Shown: positions 42,253 to 54,841 of the stretch, piece by piece
Numbering within the stretch: position 1 is the first letter of the stretch
Layout: every line of letters begins with the position of its first letter
Source: Rebecca billardiae RCC1528
Taxonomy: Eukaryota; Protista; Haptophyta
DNA: 64,000 nt
Direction of reading: 5' to 3'
NCBI GenBank assembly: GCA_965240325.2
Contig: OZ251222.1
Coordinates: 4,340,001-4,404,000, forward strand
Notes under the pieces: model-generated
Databases searched by the model: none
The model's input: the letters and a program-made list of their open reading frames with translations, nothing else
Told to the model about the DNA's origin: nothing
Made by a program: the position numbers and the translations under genes

Positions 42253-43710
42253 TCACGCGGGGGGGGCTGGCGGTCTCGTCCCCGATGCCGATGGCGATGG
42301 GGCTGGCTGACCCCAGGGGCGGACCCCATCGCGGGCTGGCTCCCCGCCGCCTCCTGCGGCCTCAGCTTCGGCTGCGACTGCAGGCTCCACCCCGGTCACC
42401 GGCGCATCACCTGCGGGGGCTGCGAGCTGCACCGTGGCCTGTGTGCTGCCCGCGACCGGGTGGCCGAGCCCGGCTGCGGGCGCCATGGCCGCCGCTGGCT
42501 CAGCCCCATCACTCGGCGCGGACGGCTCGGAGAGTGCGGCGAGCCTCCAGCCCGTCTTCAGCACGCGGAGCCCAAAGGGGCAGGGCTGCCGCGCTGCCGC
42601 GCCGCCCTCGTCGCTGCTCTCGCCGCTGCTCTCGCCGTGGCCCCCGAAGAGGCGCTCGCCGTGCGCCAGCCCGAGCAGCGGCAGCAGCGGGTGCAGCATG
42701 GCGCCGCTCACAGCCGCAGGGGCGGCGTGCTCGGCCACGGGCCAGCCATCGCCCGCGCCGGGTGCAGGCGTCCCACCGCGCGGCTCGGCCAGGTCGTAGA
42801 TCAGCGCGCGGCCGTCGCGGCTCCCCGTCGCCAGCCAGCGCGCCGACGCGTCCAGCGAGAAGAGCAGCCGCTGGTTGGAGTCCGCGTCGCGCGCGTACGC
42901 GCACAGCGGCTGCGTCGAGCGGCGCAGGTCCCACCGCAGGATCCGGCCATCGCGCCGCGCGCCCGTGAAGAGCTGCGTGTGGTCGAGGCCGAAGGCGACG
43001 TGGGTCACGCCGGCGGTGTGGCCACCGAGCAGCGCGACCGGGCCGCACCGACCGCCGTCGCCGCGCGCGTACACGCCCGTGGCGCCGGAGTAGGAGCCGA
43101 GCGCAAACAGCGAGGAGCCGAGCGGCGCGGCCGCGATGCAGCCGAGGATGCCGCGCAGGCCCTCGGCGTCGCGCCGCGTCTTGCACGTGCGCCAGGTGGC
43201 GGCCGGGGCGCCCGCGCGCGAGGTGTGGAACATGCGCACGGCGCGCTCGAAGCCGCACAGGATCTGCTCGCCGTCTGGCGTGAACGTCGCCGAGTAGGCG
43301 CCCACCACCTGCTCGAGCTCGTCGCGCGCCACGTAACTTGCGCGCAGCGCGCCACTGAAGGCGTCCCAAAGGTGAGCCGGCTGGTCGCGGCACGTGGCGA
43401 GGAAGGTGCACGTACTTGGATCTGCCGAGTGCATCCGCGGATACCACGCGTAGTCGTACACCGGCTCGCTCTCTGCGCACGCGACAGCCGGTGCTGGATC
43501 GGCCGGCTGCGCGTGCTCGTCCTCGACAGCGTGCCCATCGCCTGTGAGGACGTGCGCGGGCATCTCGTACAGGAGAAGGCGCCGATCGTCGCAGGCGGTC
43601 AGGACGCACGTCCCGTCGGGAGACCATCGCATCCCCTTGACCACGTCCGGAGTGTCCACGCGCCAGAGCGGCTGCAGGCCGACTGACCAGTCATGCGTCC
43701 AGGCCGCCAT
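42253..43710 (-). CDS. WRAP53: Telomerase Cajal body protein 1 (WD40)
   Basis: KGMRWSPDGTCVLT, VYDYAWYP.M....P.TC.FLATCRDQPAHLWDAFSGALRASY, GHTAGVTH, WDLR and SNQRLLFSLD are characteristic TCAB1 blocks. Confidence 0.85.
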   Translation of the reverse strand: MAAWTHDWSVGLQPLWRVDTPDVVKGMRWSPDGTCVLTACDDRRLLLYEMPAHVLTGDGHAVEDEHAQPADPAPAVACAESEPVYDYAWYPRMHSADPSTCTFLATCRDQPAHLWDAFSGALRASYVARDELEQVVGAYSATFTPDGEQILCGFERAVRMFHTSRAGAPAATWRTCKTRRDAEGLRGILGCIAAAPLGSSLFALGSYSGATGVYARGDGGRCGPVALLGGHTAGVTHVAFGLDHTQLFTGARRDGRILRWDLRRSTQPLCAYARDADSNQRLLFSLDASARWLATGSRDGRALIYDLAEPRGGTPAPGAGDGWPVAEHAAPAAVSGAMLHPLLPLLGLAHGERLFGGHGESSGESSDEGGAAARQPCPFGLRVLKTGWRLAALSEPSAPSDGAEPAAAMAPAAGLGHPVAGSTQATVQLAAPAGDAPVTGVEPAVAAEAEAAGGGGEPARDGVRPWGQPAPSPSASGTRPPAPPA

Positions 43711-43825
43711 CGCACGATGGCGCAATCGGTCAAGAAGTCACTACTGCTCAGGTAGACCCAGCCTCACCGCCATCGTGTCGTCGGCGACTCGGCGGGCTGT
43801 GCGCCTGTGCCCGGCTTTTTTCACG

Positions 43826-44821
43826 ATGCGGCCGGCACGAGCGAGCACAGCTCGCCGTCAGGGCGCGTGGGCGCGCTCCTCGCGCTGCTGGTTGGCTCTC
43901 GGCCTACTGTCCACGTCAATCCTCGGCGCGAGCGCGCGATCTCGGCCACCCAGCCCGCATGCGCTCGCTCGGCCACGGCCGCTGCCGGCCGCAGCCGCTT
44001 TGCGCCATCGCGGCAGCGCGCGAAGGGCGGCGTCCATCGTCGCATCGGACGTGGCGACGAGCACGTACACTCTCGCAGTCTCGTTCGAACCCTTCCTGAG
44101 CCTGCCACCCCTGGCACGTGACGCGCTGTGCGCCGGCGCGTGCGCGGGCGGCGCGGGCGCCTGGGTCGGCATCTGGACTGGGCTCGCTTCGTCCGGGGCG
44201 GTGGAGTCCAAGCTGTCACGGAAGATGATCCACGTGGGCTCGGCCCCGCTCTTCGTGCTCGTGTGGCCCCTCTTCTCAGCCGAGCCCACCGCGCGCCTAT
44301 TCGCCGCCATCGTGCCCACGCTCAACGCCGCGCGGATACTGCTGTCGGCGCGCGCGCCCGAGGGCGAGGCGGCCCTCGTCACCGCCATCTCGCGCTCGGG
44401 TCGGCGGGAGGAGGTGCTGAGCGGGCCGCTGTACTACGTGCTCGTGCTCTTCCTGGCGACGGCGTGCGCATGGCGCTCCTCGGTCGTCGGCGTCATCGCG
44501 CTCGCGCAGATGGCCGTCGGCGACGGGCTCGCCGACATCGTCGGGCGGCGGCTGGGCGGCACGGGCAAGTGGCCGTTTGCGCCGAGCAAGTCGATCGCCG
44601 GCACGACCGCCTTTGTGCTCGGCGCGTTCGGCGCGTCGGTCGGGTTGATCGGCTGGCTGCACCTGTTCGGCTGCCTCGCGACCAGCCCGCAGGACGCGGC
44701 CGGGCGCGCGCTGGCCATCTCGCTGTCGTGCGCCGCCGTGGAGCTGCTGCCCTCGAGCGTGGTGGACGACAACATCTCTGTGCCGCTGCTCGGCGCGCTG
44801 CTCGCCGCGCTGCTCTTCTGA
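43826..44821 (+). CDS. VTE5: Phytol/farnesol kinase (CTP-dependent, dolichol kinase-like family), probably plastid-targeted
   Basis: LSRKMIHVG, WPLFS, ISRSGRREEVLSGPLYY, GDGLADIVGRRLG, KSIAGT and DDNISVP. Confidence 0.85.
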   Translation: MRPARASTARRQGAWARSSRCWLALGLLSTSILGASARSRPPSPHALARPRPLPAAAALRHRGSARRAASIVASDVATSTYTLAVSFEPFLSLPPLARDALCAGACAGGAGAWVGIWTGLASSGAVESKLSRKMIHVGSAPLFVLVWPLFSAEPTARLFAAIVPTLNAARILLSARAPEGEAALVTAISRSGRREEVLSGPLYYVLVLFLATACAWRSSVVGVIALAQMAVGDGLADIVGRRLGGTGKWPFAPSKSIAGTTAFVLGAFGASVGLIGWLHLFGCLATSPQDAAGRALAISLSCAAVELLPSSVVDDNISVPLLGALLAALLF

Positions 44822-45458
44822 GGGCGCGCGACCCAGCGCAGGGCGGGCGCGTCCTCGTTCGAGGCAGGCAGGTGGCGGCGGCACGTGGCAGGGCGCGCGC
44901 GCGCACGCTGCTTCCCTCCGCAGCGCGGCAGAGCCCAAAGACGCTCCGACTGTGGCGGGAGTCGACCTGGCTGAGCCGGGGACTTGATGGGCCATTCTCC
45001 GCGTGCTGCGTTTGCCGGGTGCCAGGGGCGCTGCGGGGGCTCTGCACATGGCATGCCGCTCGCGCCGGGCGGCCGGGAGGCCGTGGCGGGCGCACTCCGG
45101 AACTACAGGGGCCTGCGGCAACGCTGCGCCGCGCGGCGCGGTCTGTTATGCTGTGAGTGTGACAGTGCCGCGAGCGCACTTCTAGTTCTACTGCTTCGGA
45201 CGCGGTTGCGCGCGGCCTGCCACTTGCCAGAGTCGGAATTCCGGGCCGCGCGGATCCCGCGCCGACCGCCCCGGGCCCGCGGGGCACCGCGTCGACGAGT
45301 AACTTCATGCGGCACTTGGCGTTGCTGCTCCGAGACTAGTCTTAGCACCGATACTGACAATGATATGTCGATGAGCCACCCTGGCCGTTGAAGTTTGACG
45401 GAACTAACTCACCAGGACGCGCCTCCTTCAACTTACCCTTTACTTGTACCCTCATTAC

Positions 45459-45495
45459 TTGTCGTCATCAATCAACCCTTGATTGATGACGACAA
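45459..45495. repeat. Perfect intergenic hairpin (17-bp stem, 3-nt loop)
   Basis: ttgtcgtcatcaatcaa-ccc-ttgattgatgacgacaa. Confidence 0.85.
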
Positions 45496-46152
45496 CTAGA
45501 TACAGTCATCGTATTTTCCTGCGACCCTACCCCCATTATTCATCAAACGGAGATCATGAACCGTGAGATGATGACGAGCGCCAAGATCCCCACAGTATCA
45601 TGGCTGGCCGTTATATCGCTTATCAGACGTGCCATTTCCATGGTCATTGATGCCGAGGGTCGCATGAGTTTTCAAGTATGGGAGAAAACCGTTTGGTCGA
45701 AGTAGTACTTGTCGAACTGCCCATAACCAGAACCGCGCCCCGAAAGGCTCACCAGCATAAAAAATCGCTGGGTAAAACTCATTGGGTAAAACTCATACCC
45801 AGTTTTGAGAACTCAAAGGCGGCACCCGCTCTGAAGCGGTGTTATTGTGGCGCCTGACCAATTCTCATATCATCACAATGTGAATCTGGGTGGATTGCAA
45901 TAATTCTCCGCAGCTTTTCGCCCGCATTTCCGACGTATGGCAATAATGAATGGGGGCGCCCACACCTTGGCGGCACGCCTAGAACGAACGATCCTATGCC
46001 GCTGAAGGACCTCGAAGCGACGCGCTTCGTCACATCTGGTCGTGGGCGAATCTTGGAGAAGGCGACGACAAGCAAAAGCTTCTTTTCATCTTGCGCCCGC
46101 GGGTTCGCCCCGTTTGTCCGAGCTCCGTACGCCCTGAAGGAGCGTACTGGGG

Positions 46153-48211
46153 ATGCCACCGGGCGGCCTGGGCGGTTCCGGCGGCGTCGCCGTGGGCGCC
46201 GCCACTCGGGCCCCGCCCGCCAACGACCCCGGGCCCACGTCCAGATCGAAAGAACCCTACACCATCTCCTTCCCCAGCCTCGTCCGACAGATCCGCGCGA
46301 CTGTCACCGACAGCGCGCAGCTCGAAAGCGTGCAGGCCTTGGTGGATGACTTTGCAGACCGCCGCGTCGAGCCGGCGAGTGTGCAGCAACGACTGTCTCA
46401 GATCGTCGGCAAATCGGTGGTGCGATCGGCAATATCCACGCTGATCCGTGCGCGCAAGCAGGCGGCTGTGGATGATGGTGCGCGCCCTGCGGCCACCGGC
46501 GCCGTCTCTGCGCGCGCTCAGAATGCGCGCCTGCGCGCGCATGCCGTGCGGGCATGCATGCGTGCCGCACAACGCTCCAACCGCCCCACCCGCCGCCCGT
46601 GGGCGTCGTGCCTACCGCTCTGGCCGTGCGCGCCGCCGCGCAGGCGATGTTGCCACCAAGCGGCCGCGCCTGAACGGCGCGACTGACGTGAGCAGCGCGA
46701 CCACGGCCGAGCGCAAGCTCGCGCGCCGCAACAGCGAGGCCGTGTCCGAGGGGAGCTGGACGGACTCGCAGATGCGCATCGTGCGCGAGTCATCGTCGGA
46801 GCGCCTCGACCTGGCCTTCGACGGCGGCGCGGGCATGCAGTGCACGGACGACGCGCCGCCCTCCGCGCAGCAGCCCGAGCTGCCCGCCACGGACGTGGAC
46901 GCGTACAGCCAGCTGCCGCCAGACACCTTCCGCACGCTGCTCGCGCACTCGGTGCGGTGCGACCAGGGGTCGTGCGAGCAGCCGTGGTGCGCGCGGCTGA
47001 AGAACAAGCTCAGCGCGCTGCAGAGGCTCGCCTCGCGCGCCTCGAGTGTCGCGGGCTCGTCCTCGGGCTGCGAGGTCAACTCCGGCAGCGCCGACGACGG
47101 GGGCAGCGGCAGCGGCGACGGCGACGGCGCGGGCAGCGGCGACGGCGACGGCGACGGCGCGGGCGCGGGCGCGACGCAGGGCGACCGGCCCGAGCCGGGC
47201 GGCAGCCCGGGCCGGCCGGAGTCGGGCGGCAGCCCGGGCAGCGGCGACGGCAGCGGCGACGGCAGCGGCGAGACGGACGGCCGGCTCGACGCGCCCGCGG
47301 CCGCCGCGCTGCCGTCCAACGCGACCGCCACCACGGCCGCGGCGCCAGGCGGCGCGCCCGGCGCGCCCGGCGCGCCCGGCGCGGGCCGCGCCGCGGGCGC
47401 TGGCGCGAGCGTGCTCGCCGCGCCGCTCAGCCTCGCCCCGCGCACGGGCTCCGCCGGCTCGGTGGGCTCGGCCGCCATCTCGCTGCCGCCCGCGCCCTCC
47501 GGGTTTGAGGAGACGCTGTGCCTGATGTACCAGCGGCTGCAGCAGTGGCGCGAGGACAACGCGGCGCCCGCGATGCCGCCGCTGCTGCGCTGCGCGTCGG
47601 GCAACGCGGACGTGATCGGCGCGCCGGGCGCAGCCGCGCCCAACCCCGCCGCCGCCGCCGCCGCCGCTGCGGGCGCCTCTGCCGGCGCAGCGGACTTGGC
47701 TGACAGCAACGCCGACGCGTCGACGGCGCCTCTGGACGCGCCGATGGCGATGGCGCCTCCGGATGTGCCGATGGCGCCTCCGCCGGCCACCGAGCCGCCC
47801 TCGGACGCGCCGATGCCGCCACCCGCCCCCGTGCTGCCGAGCATGCTCCTCCCGTCGGCCGCCGGCTGCATCGGTGCGCTCGGCGCGTCCGCTGCCGGGC
47901 CCGCCGGGCCGCCGCTTGCGCCGCCGTCGCTGACGACACCAGCGGCCGCCGGCGCCGACGTGGCGGCGGCCGCGGCTTCCGGCCCGAGCGAAGCGGTGGG
48001 CGGTGCCAGCAGCAGCGTGGCCGCCGTCGCGCCCGCGCCCGTGCCCGTCACGCCGCTGCTGCCCCCGCCCTCGTTCCTGCCGCCCCCGCCCGCGTGGATG
48101 GTGAAGGGCGGAGCCGCCGCGGCCGCGGCCGCTGGCAAGGACGCGGCCGCGCTGCCGCCCGCGCTCATCGCGCCGCCGATGAGCATCGAGCAGCTCTTCG
48201 GCAGCTCGGGC

Positions 48212-48248
<37 letters not shown>

Positions 48249-49663
48249 GCGACGGCGGCGGCACGCCCGACGCTGCCGCCGCCCCCCCCGCCGGCCCCGC
48301 CACCGCCGCCGAGCCGAGGTGCGGCCCCGAGAGCGCGCTGCCGGCCACGAGCGAGGAGCTGCGCTCTCGGCTCGGCACGCCCTTCTCCGTCGACGGCAAG
48401 CTCGGGCACCTGCGCTCGATGGCGAGCGCCAAGGGCATCCAGCTCGACCTGAACGGCAAGATGGCCGCCTCGCCCTCCCTCGCCGCGCTCATGCGCCTCG
48501 AGCAGATGCGCCAGGCCGACAGAAAGGCCGGCGGCGACGCTGAGGGTGGCGGCGCGCCAAGCGCCGGCGGCGCGCCGGGCGGCTCGGCCGCCGAGCCGCG
48601 CGAGCAGCCCGGCGTGGGCGGCGGCGCGGGCGCGGCGGCGCCGCCCGCCGACGCGGCCGGCGGCGCCGGCGCCACGCCGCGCGGCCAGCCGATGAGCCGC
48701 GGCATCAGCTTCGACGTCGACTCGAAGCTCTCCATGCTGCTCGGGCTGGACGTGGACGAGGCGGCGGACGCGAGCGCGCAGGTGAGCGCGCTCGCTGGTG
48801 GCGTGATCGCGGCCAAGCTGCCGATCGGGGGGGCGGCTCGCGCGCGCGAGCGCGGCGCGGCGGGCGGCGCGGCCGGGCTCTCGTCCGAGTTCGTCAACGC
48901 CAAGTCCAAGCGGCGCGCGCGCAGCGGCGCGCGCGCGAAGGCGGACAAGCCCGGCGAGCGCGCGGCCGCCGCCGCCGCCGCCGCCGCCGCCGCCTCGGCG
49001 GAGGCGACGGCCGTCAAGCCCGAGCCGCTCGCGCCCGCGCTCGGCGGGGACGAGGGCGCGGAGGCGGGGGCGGGCGTGGAGGAGGAGGACCCGGGCGCCG
49101 AGTACGAGGAGGGCGCGCTCGTCGAGGTGCTCGTCGACGGCGCCCTCGCCGCCGAGCACGCCGCGCAGCCCGGCGCGGACGGCCCGCCCTCGGCGCCCAG
49201 GCGCGGCGCGGGCGCGCGCCGCTGGGTGCCGGCCGTGATGGTCTCGTACGCGGGGCGCGCGCAGTACGACGTGCAGCTCGTGCGCGCACGCGCGGAGGAG
49301 GCGAGCCCGGCGGCGGACGGCGGCGCCGACGTGCTGTGCCAGCCCGTCGCCGAGCCCCCCGGCGCCGCGCCCGCGCCGAGCGGCGGCGCGGCGGCGGGCG
49401 CGCGCGCGCTCACCGCCGCGGCCGCGGCGGGCGGCGCGCGCACGCACGTGCACTCGACGTGCATGCGGCTGCGCTGCGCCGAGTGCACGCGGCACGCGCT
49501 CGAGGTGACCTCCGTCCCGACCTACTGCGACGGGTGCGAGCGCGTCCTCCGCCACCCGCTCCGCTCGTACATGGAGTTCGTCGCCGACATGCAGTTTGCG
49601 TGCGAGCAGGGCGCGGGCCTCACGGGCGCGCGGCTGTGCGTCACGTGCTTCCGCGGGCTGCAG

Positions 49664-49695
<32 letters not shown>

Positions 49696-52170
49696 GGCGG
49701 CGCAGCCCGCCGCGCCTCCGAGCGCCACGCTCACGCTCCACGGCGTGCCCATCCCCGCCGCCAGCTTCCGCGAGGTCGAGATCCGCCGGCGGCGCGCGGA
49801 CGGCGACGACGCGTCCTCCCTGAGCGAGGCGCAGAATTGGGTGCAGTGCGACGAGTGCGGCCACTGGCAGCACTGGGTGTGCGCCGGGTACAACCACGCG
49901 GCGCACGAGCGCGCGCGCGCCAAGGCCGGCGCGGACGCCGAGGAGCCGCCCTTCCACTGCGCCGCGTGCCGCTCCGCGCGCGGCGGCGCGGCGCGCTCGG
50001 TGCCGCACACGTCAGTGCTGCAGCTGCCAGAGACGGAGATGTCGCGCCGCATCGAGGCGGCGGTGGCGCGGGCGCTGGACGAGGCGGGCGTGCAGGCGGA
50101 CCCGATCTCCGTGCGCATCACCTCGGCGCACCCCGAGGTCTCCACCTCCAACCGCGCGATGGTCGAGCGCCGCTGGTCGTCGGGCGTCTCCTACCCGTGA
50201 GCGCGCGCCACGCGCCACGCGCCACGCGCCACGCGCCAAGCGCCAAGCGCCGCGCCGCGCCGCGCCGCGCCGCGCGGCAGCGCGCGCCGCGCGCGTGCTC
50301 GGGCGCGATGGTGCTCACCCGCGCGTGCCCGCGCGCGTCCCCCGCCCCGCCGCGCGTCCGCAGCTCCGAGTTCCCGTACGTCTCGCGCTGCATCATCGGC
50401 GTGCAGCGCCAGCCCCTCGGCGAGGTGCTCCTCTTCTGCATGTACGTGCAGGAGTACGGCCCCCGCTGCCCCGCGCCAAACACCAACCGGCTCTACATCT
50501 CCTACCTCGACAGCGTGCGCTACCTGCAAGCGGAGGTGCGCGCAAGAAGGGGCGGGCGCGCGCGCGGGCGGGCGGGGGGAGAGGCGCGCCGCCGCGCGGG
50601 CGCTGCGCCCGCGGTGCTCACGCGCGCACCTCCGCCCCTGCCCCCCCCCCCTCCCGGCGCCGCCCCCGCGCCGCGCCGCCGTGTGTGCGCGCGCGCAGCC
50701 GGCGGGTCAGCGCACGCTCGTGTACCACACGCTGATGGTCGAGTACCTGGCGCTGGCGCGGCTGCGCGGCTTCGAGCACGTGCACGTGTGGGTCGAGCCG
50801 CCCAAGAACGGGCAGGAGTACATCTTCCACTGCCGCCCAGCGCAGGACCGGCTCAAGCCGATGAAGCGCGACGTGAGCGCGCGGCGCATGGCGCGCGCGC
50901 GCCGCGCCGCGCCGCGCTGCACCCCGCCGACGCCGCCGCGCCCGCCCCCCCGCCCGCCCCCTCCCCGCGTGCGCAGGTGCTGCACGCGTGGTACCTCAAG
51001 TTCCTCTCCGCGGCCAAGGGCGCGGGCGTGCTGCTGCGGTACGGCGGGATGGCGGAGGAGTTCGCCTCGATCACCTCCGCCTCGCAGATCCCGATGTTCC
51101 ACGGCGACCAGTGGGAGGTGACGGTGCCGGACCTCGCAAAGCAGCAGCAGCAGCAGAGCCGGCACAAGGCGGGGCCGGTCGGGCTGCGGCCGGCGGCGGC
51201 GGCGGCGGACGCGCCCGCGGCCGACGAGGCGAGCGCGCTCATGCCGCCGCCGCCGCCGCCGCTCGCCATGTCGCGCGCGGGGTGCGGCGCGCCTGGCGGC
51301 TCCGGCCTGGAGATGTGCCGCACGGTGTCCAAGGACCTCGTGTCGCAGCTGCACAAGTTCATGAAGCGGCTGCAGGGGCACTTCCTCGTCGGCACGCTCA
51401 GCCCGCCCGCCGCGTCGGACGAGCGGCTCGAGACGGCCGCGGAGGACGCGCGCGTGGCGTCGACGCTCTCGCCGCTCATGCAGAGCCGGCAGCGCCTGCT
51501 GCTCTACTGCCAGGCCAACGGGCTGCAGTTCTGCACGCTGCGGTGCGCGCGCTGCGCCGCACCGCACCGCTCGCACGCGCGCGGGCGGCGGCGCGAGCGC
51601 GGACCGCGCGCCACCGCGCCCTGCGCTCACACGGCACGCGCGCCCCGCGGCGCCCGCGGCGCACCCCGCAGCTACGCGCGCTACTCGACGATGCGCATCC
51701 TCGACGAGCTCGTGCACGGCACGCACGCGGAGGAGGGCGCGCAGCTCGGCGCGCCCGCGCTGGCCGCGCGCTACTGCACCGCAGAGTGCCGGCACGGCCG
51801 CGCCGACGTCGGCGTGCTCATGGTCGCGTGCGATCGCTGCGACAGCTGGGTGCACGTGCGTGCGACGCGCCGAGCGCGCGCATCGCATGTGCTCGCGATG
51901 TGCGCGCGGCGGCGCCGCGGCGTGCGCCCGCTCACCGCCGCGCCCGCGCCCCCCGCCGCCCCGCAGGCCGAGTGCGTCGGGCTGAGCGAGCGCGACGTGC
52001 CCCGCAGCTACGTGTGTCCGCAGTGCGCGCTCACAGCTCGTCAGGAGGCGCCCACAGACGCCGACGACGCCATGATGGGCCCCGTCCTCGCCTCCGGCCC
52101 CGCTGCCGCCGATCCCAACGCGGACGGTGCCGCCGATCGCGAGGGCAACGACCGCCCGCCGCCGTTATGA
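46153..52170 (+). CDS. p300/CBP-type (KAT11) histone acetyltransferase with an N-terminal RST-like domain, PHD fingers and a TAZ-like remnant (multi-exon)
   Basis: HAT motifs LFCMYVQEYG, NRLYISYLDSVRY, RTLVYH, VWVEPP..GQEYIFHCRP, LHAWY and IPMFHGDQW. PHD motifs WVQCDECGHWQHWVC and ACDRCDSWVH/AECVG..YVCPQC. The first intron, 46478-46643, joins the 46153 exon in frame. Confidence 0.85.
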
Positions 52171-52813
52171 CCAGCACCGTCTAAGTTAGCTTCCGACGCC
52201 CGCGTCACATTGTGTTGGACTGTGTCTGTTGCGCCCCGAACTCACCGAACGCGTCTCGCGAGACCGGCGGGCATCACCGGTTCCTCTGCCACGTCATCAC
52301 GTGACGATGGTCAACTGTGCCGACGGTGCCCGCCGCCGCCTCACCCGTCGGGTGATGCGTGATGCGACGCTCACTCGCTGTATATGTAGTACGTACGTGC
52401 GTATCTGAGTATGATCGTCGTCTGATGCCTAATTGTCATGTAAGTGATGAGACTCTTAGCGTTCAGATCGAGTGGCACTCTTGTCATCGTCATTCAGCAG
52501 CTGGCTGATGCGATTATGGCCCGCGGTGCAGGGCGGAGCGCGTAGCGTGGAGCCCCGCCGGGGGCCCTCACTACGTTGTCAAAAAGATCTTTTGATCAAA
52601 GAAAAGGGGACGGGGGACGATTTTGAGGGCTGTTGGAGGGTGAGTTTTCGCTTTTTCGAGGGGTTCATTCGCCCATTGCTCTGCATTAGCAAGACGCGAT
52701 TGACGAAATAGCCGCGCCCGGGCCATTCCGCATATGTCGATGGACGGACGTGCATTTGTCAGTATATCTGGGTGAACGAATCTGCGATTTGTTGTAAATC
52801 TTCATAGCATATT

Positions 52814-52861
52814 GCCAAATAGGACGAGGACCCAAGCGCTTGGGTCCTCGTCCTATTTGGC
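52814..52861. repeat. Perfect 48-bp palindrome with no loop
   Basis: gccaaataggacgaggacccaagc|gcttgggtcctcgtcctatttggc. Confidence 0.9.
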
Positions 52862-53116
52862 GCGTGGGTGCGGGCTGAGGGCTCCTGGCAAAAAGTCTTC
52901 GTCAAGTAGTACTCAACTTTACTAACGACGAACCTTTGCGCGCTGCCAAATTACTCAACTTTATACACCTAATAATAATGACCCCAGTGGGCGGAAATGG
53001 CCATATCTCCCGGAGATCGGGAGTACTCACACGTGTGAGTCAGAGTCATGTTTCGTCCTTTTTTCCGAGACCGCTGGCACGCGGCGCGCGCTGCCGCTCG
53101 CCGCCGCTGCGCTCGA

Positions 53117-54300
53117 TGCGAGCGCGGCCGCCGCCGCGGCAGCGCGCGGGCCGGGCGGCTGCGAGGACCCGGGCGCGCTCGTGCGCAAGCGGCGGCGCCC
53201 GGTGGGCGGCGCGGCGGCGCCCGCCGACGCGCACGGCAAGAGCGAAGGCTGCGGTGCGCTGAGTGACGCCGAGGTGGAGGCCGCGGCCAGCGAGCTCGCG
53301 CGGCCCGGCGCGCGCGCGGTGCGGCTCGGGCTGGGGCACGAGGCGCGGACGGCGGCGCGCTCGGCGGCACCGGCGCGCTGGATGCGCTCGCCTGCCCGCT
53401 CGCGCGGCACGCGGCTGCGAGGCGCAGCGCGAGCCGCCGGGCTAGGCCGCGTGCGCCGAGGCGGGCGAGACGCTCGGCGTGCTCGGCGGCGCGCTCGGCA
53501 TCACGGCGCGCTGCTGGCGGCGCTGCTCGCGTGCCCTTCCATCGTCTCGCTCGCCACATCCGCCGCGACGGAGCAGTCCAGCAGCAGCACCGTTTCCGGC
53601 ATGCGCACGCTGGCGCTCGCGCACGCCAACTGCGAGTGCGGAGGCGCTGGGCGCCGAGCTGGCGAAGCGCGGCGCCGAGCTCGACGCGCTGCGCGACGCG
53701 GCGACGGACGCGCTGCCGCTGGGCGCGCGTGGCGCCCTCGTCGCGACGCCCCGTGCAGCAGCTCGAGCAGCCAGCTGTGGAGTAGACGGCCGTCGAGGCG
53801 ATCGGCGCCGGGTGCCAGCGCGCACGGGCTCAGCCCGTGCCGCTGGCTCGGGCCGCCGCAGCCGTCTTCGAGGCCGACGCGGCGGAGGAGGCGGCGGGCG
53901 AGCTGACGGCGGCGCGGTCCGGCGGTGGAGCAGGCGCGCACGCGCGGCGGCAGGCGCGACGCGCCGCTCGCCTCGTTCCACCCCGAGCTCCGCTCGGTCT
54001 CGGTGCGCGGCTGCCGGTAGCGCAGGCCGGGGCAGCACTGCGTGGCGCGCGCTCTCGCTCCGTCTGCCGGCACGAGGTGCGCCGGCTGAGTGAGCGACCA
54101 GCGGCCCGTCGTCGAGCGCATGGCGCCGCGCGAGCACCTCAAGCAGACTGTGCGCCCGCACGCGCGCACGCGCCGGCCCGCGCCGCGCGGCGCCTATCGC
54201 CCTGCCTGCGCGCGCGCGCCGCCCCGCGGCGGCCGCTTCCCCGCGCGGCGGCCCGCCGGCGACAGTCCTCGGCCCGCCGGCCCGGTGGGCGGCAACTGAG
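53117..54300 (+). pseudogene. Possible degraded gene (protein-like segments in shifting frames with stops)
   Basis: Coding-like pieces (LSDAEVEAAASELA; ALLACPSIVSL; AVFEADAAEEA; FHPELRSV) fall in different frames without clear intron signals. Confidence 0.3.
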
Positions 54301-54841
54301 TTGTGGCGGTGGCAGCTCCGAGGCGAACGAACTGTTACGCACATGATTGTCCGACTGAGCTAGACAGCACTCAGCAGCCGACGGAGGGTGCACCGCGGGC
54401 CCCTAACTGCGTTGGTTCTACGGAAGGACCGCGGAACGCGGTCATTATTAAATATTATATATATTATTATAGCGCAGCAGGCGCGGATGATTATTAGCAG
54501 TCGTATAGTAGCAGCAGCAGTATAGCAGCGGCGCTAAGAGTTGGCGCCGGGTGCCGCGCGTAGCAGTATAAGCTTCAGAGCTATAGGTTGCCGTGCATGG
54601 CGCCGCAGCAGTCGTCTCGTCAAGAATCGCCATATGGCGGGACGATGCGCGCTCTTGCTGCGCCTCGCCCGGCGAGGCAGCGCGTGCGGTCTGCTGCCCC
54701 GCCTGCATGCCGGCCGCCCAGCGACCAGCGCCGGGTCTGGCCGCCTGCATGCCGGCCGTGCACGCGCATGGCCCGGGTGAACGGTGTCCACAACGCGACG
54801 GCGCTCGGCGCGGCCGTAGTCGCCAGCTCGCCGGCAGCGCG

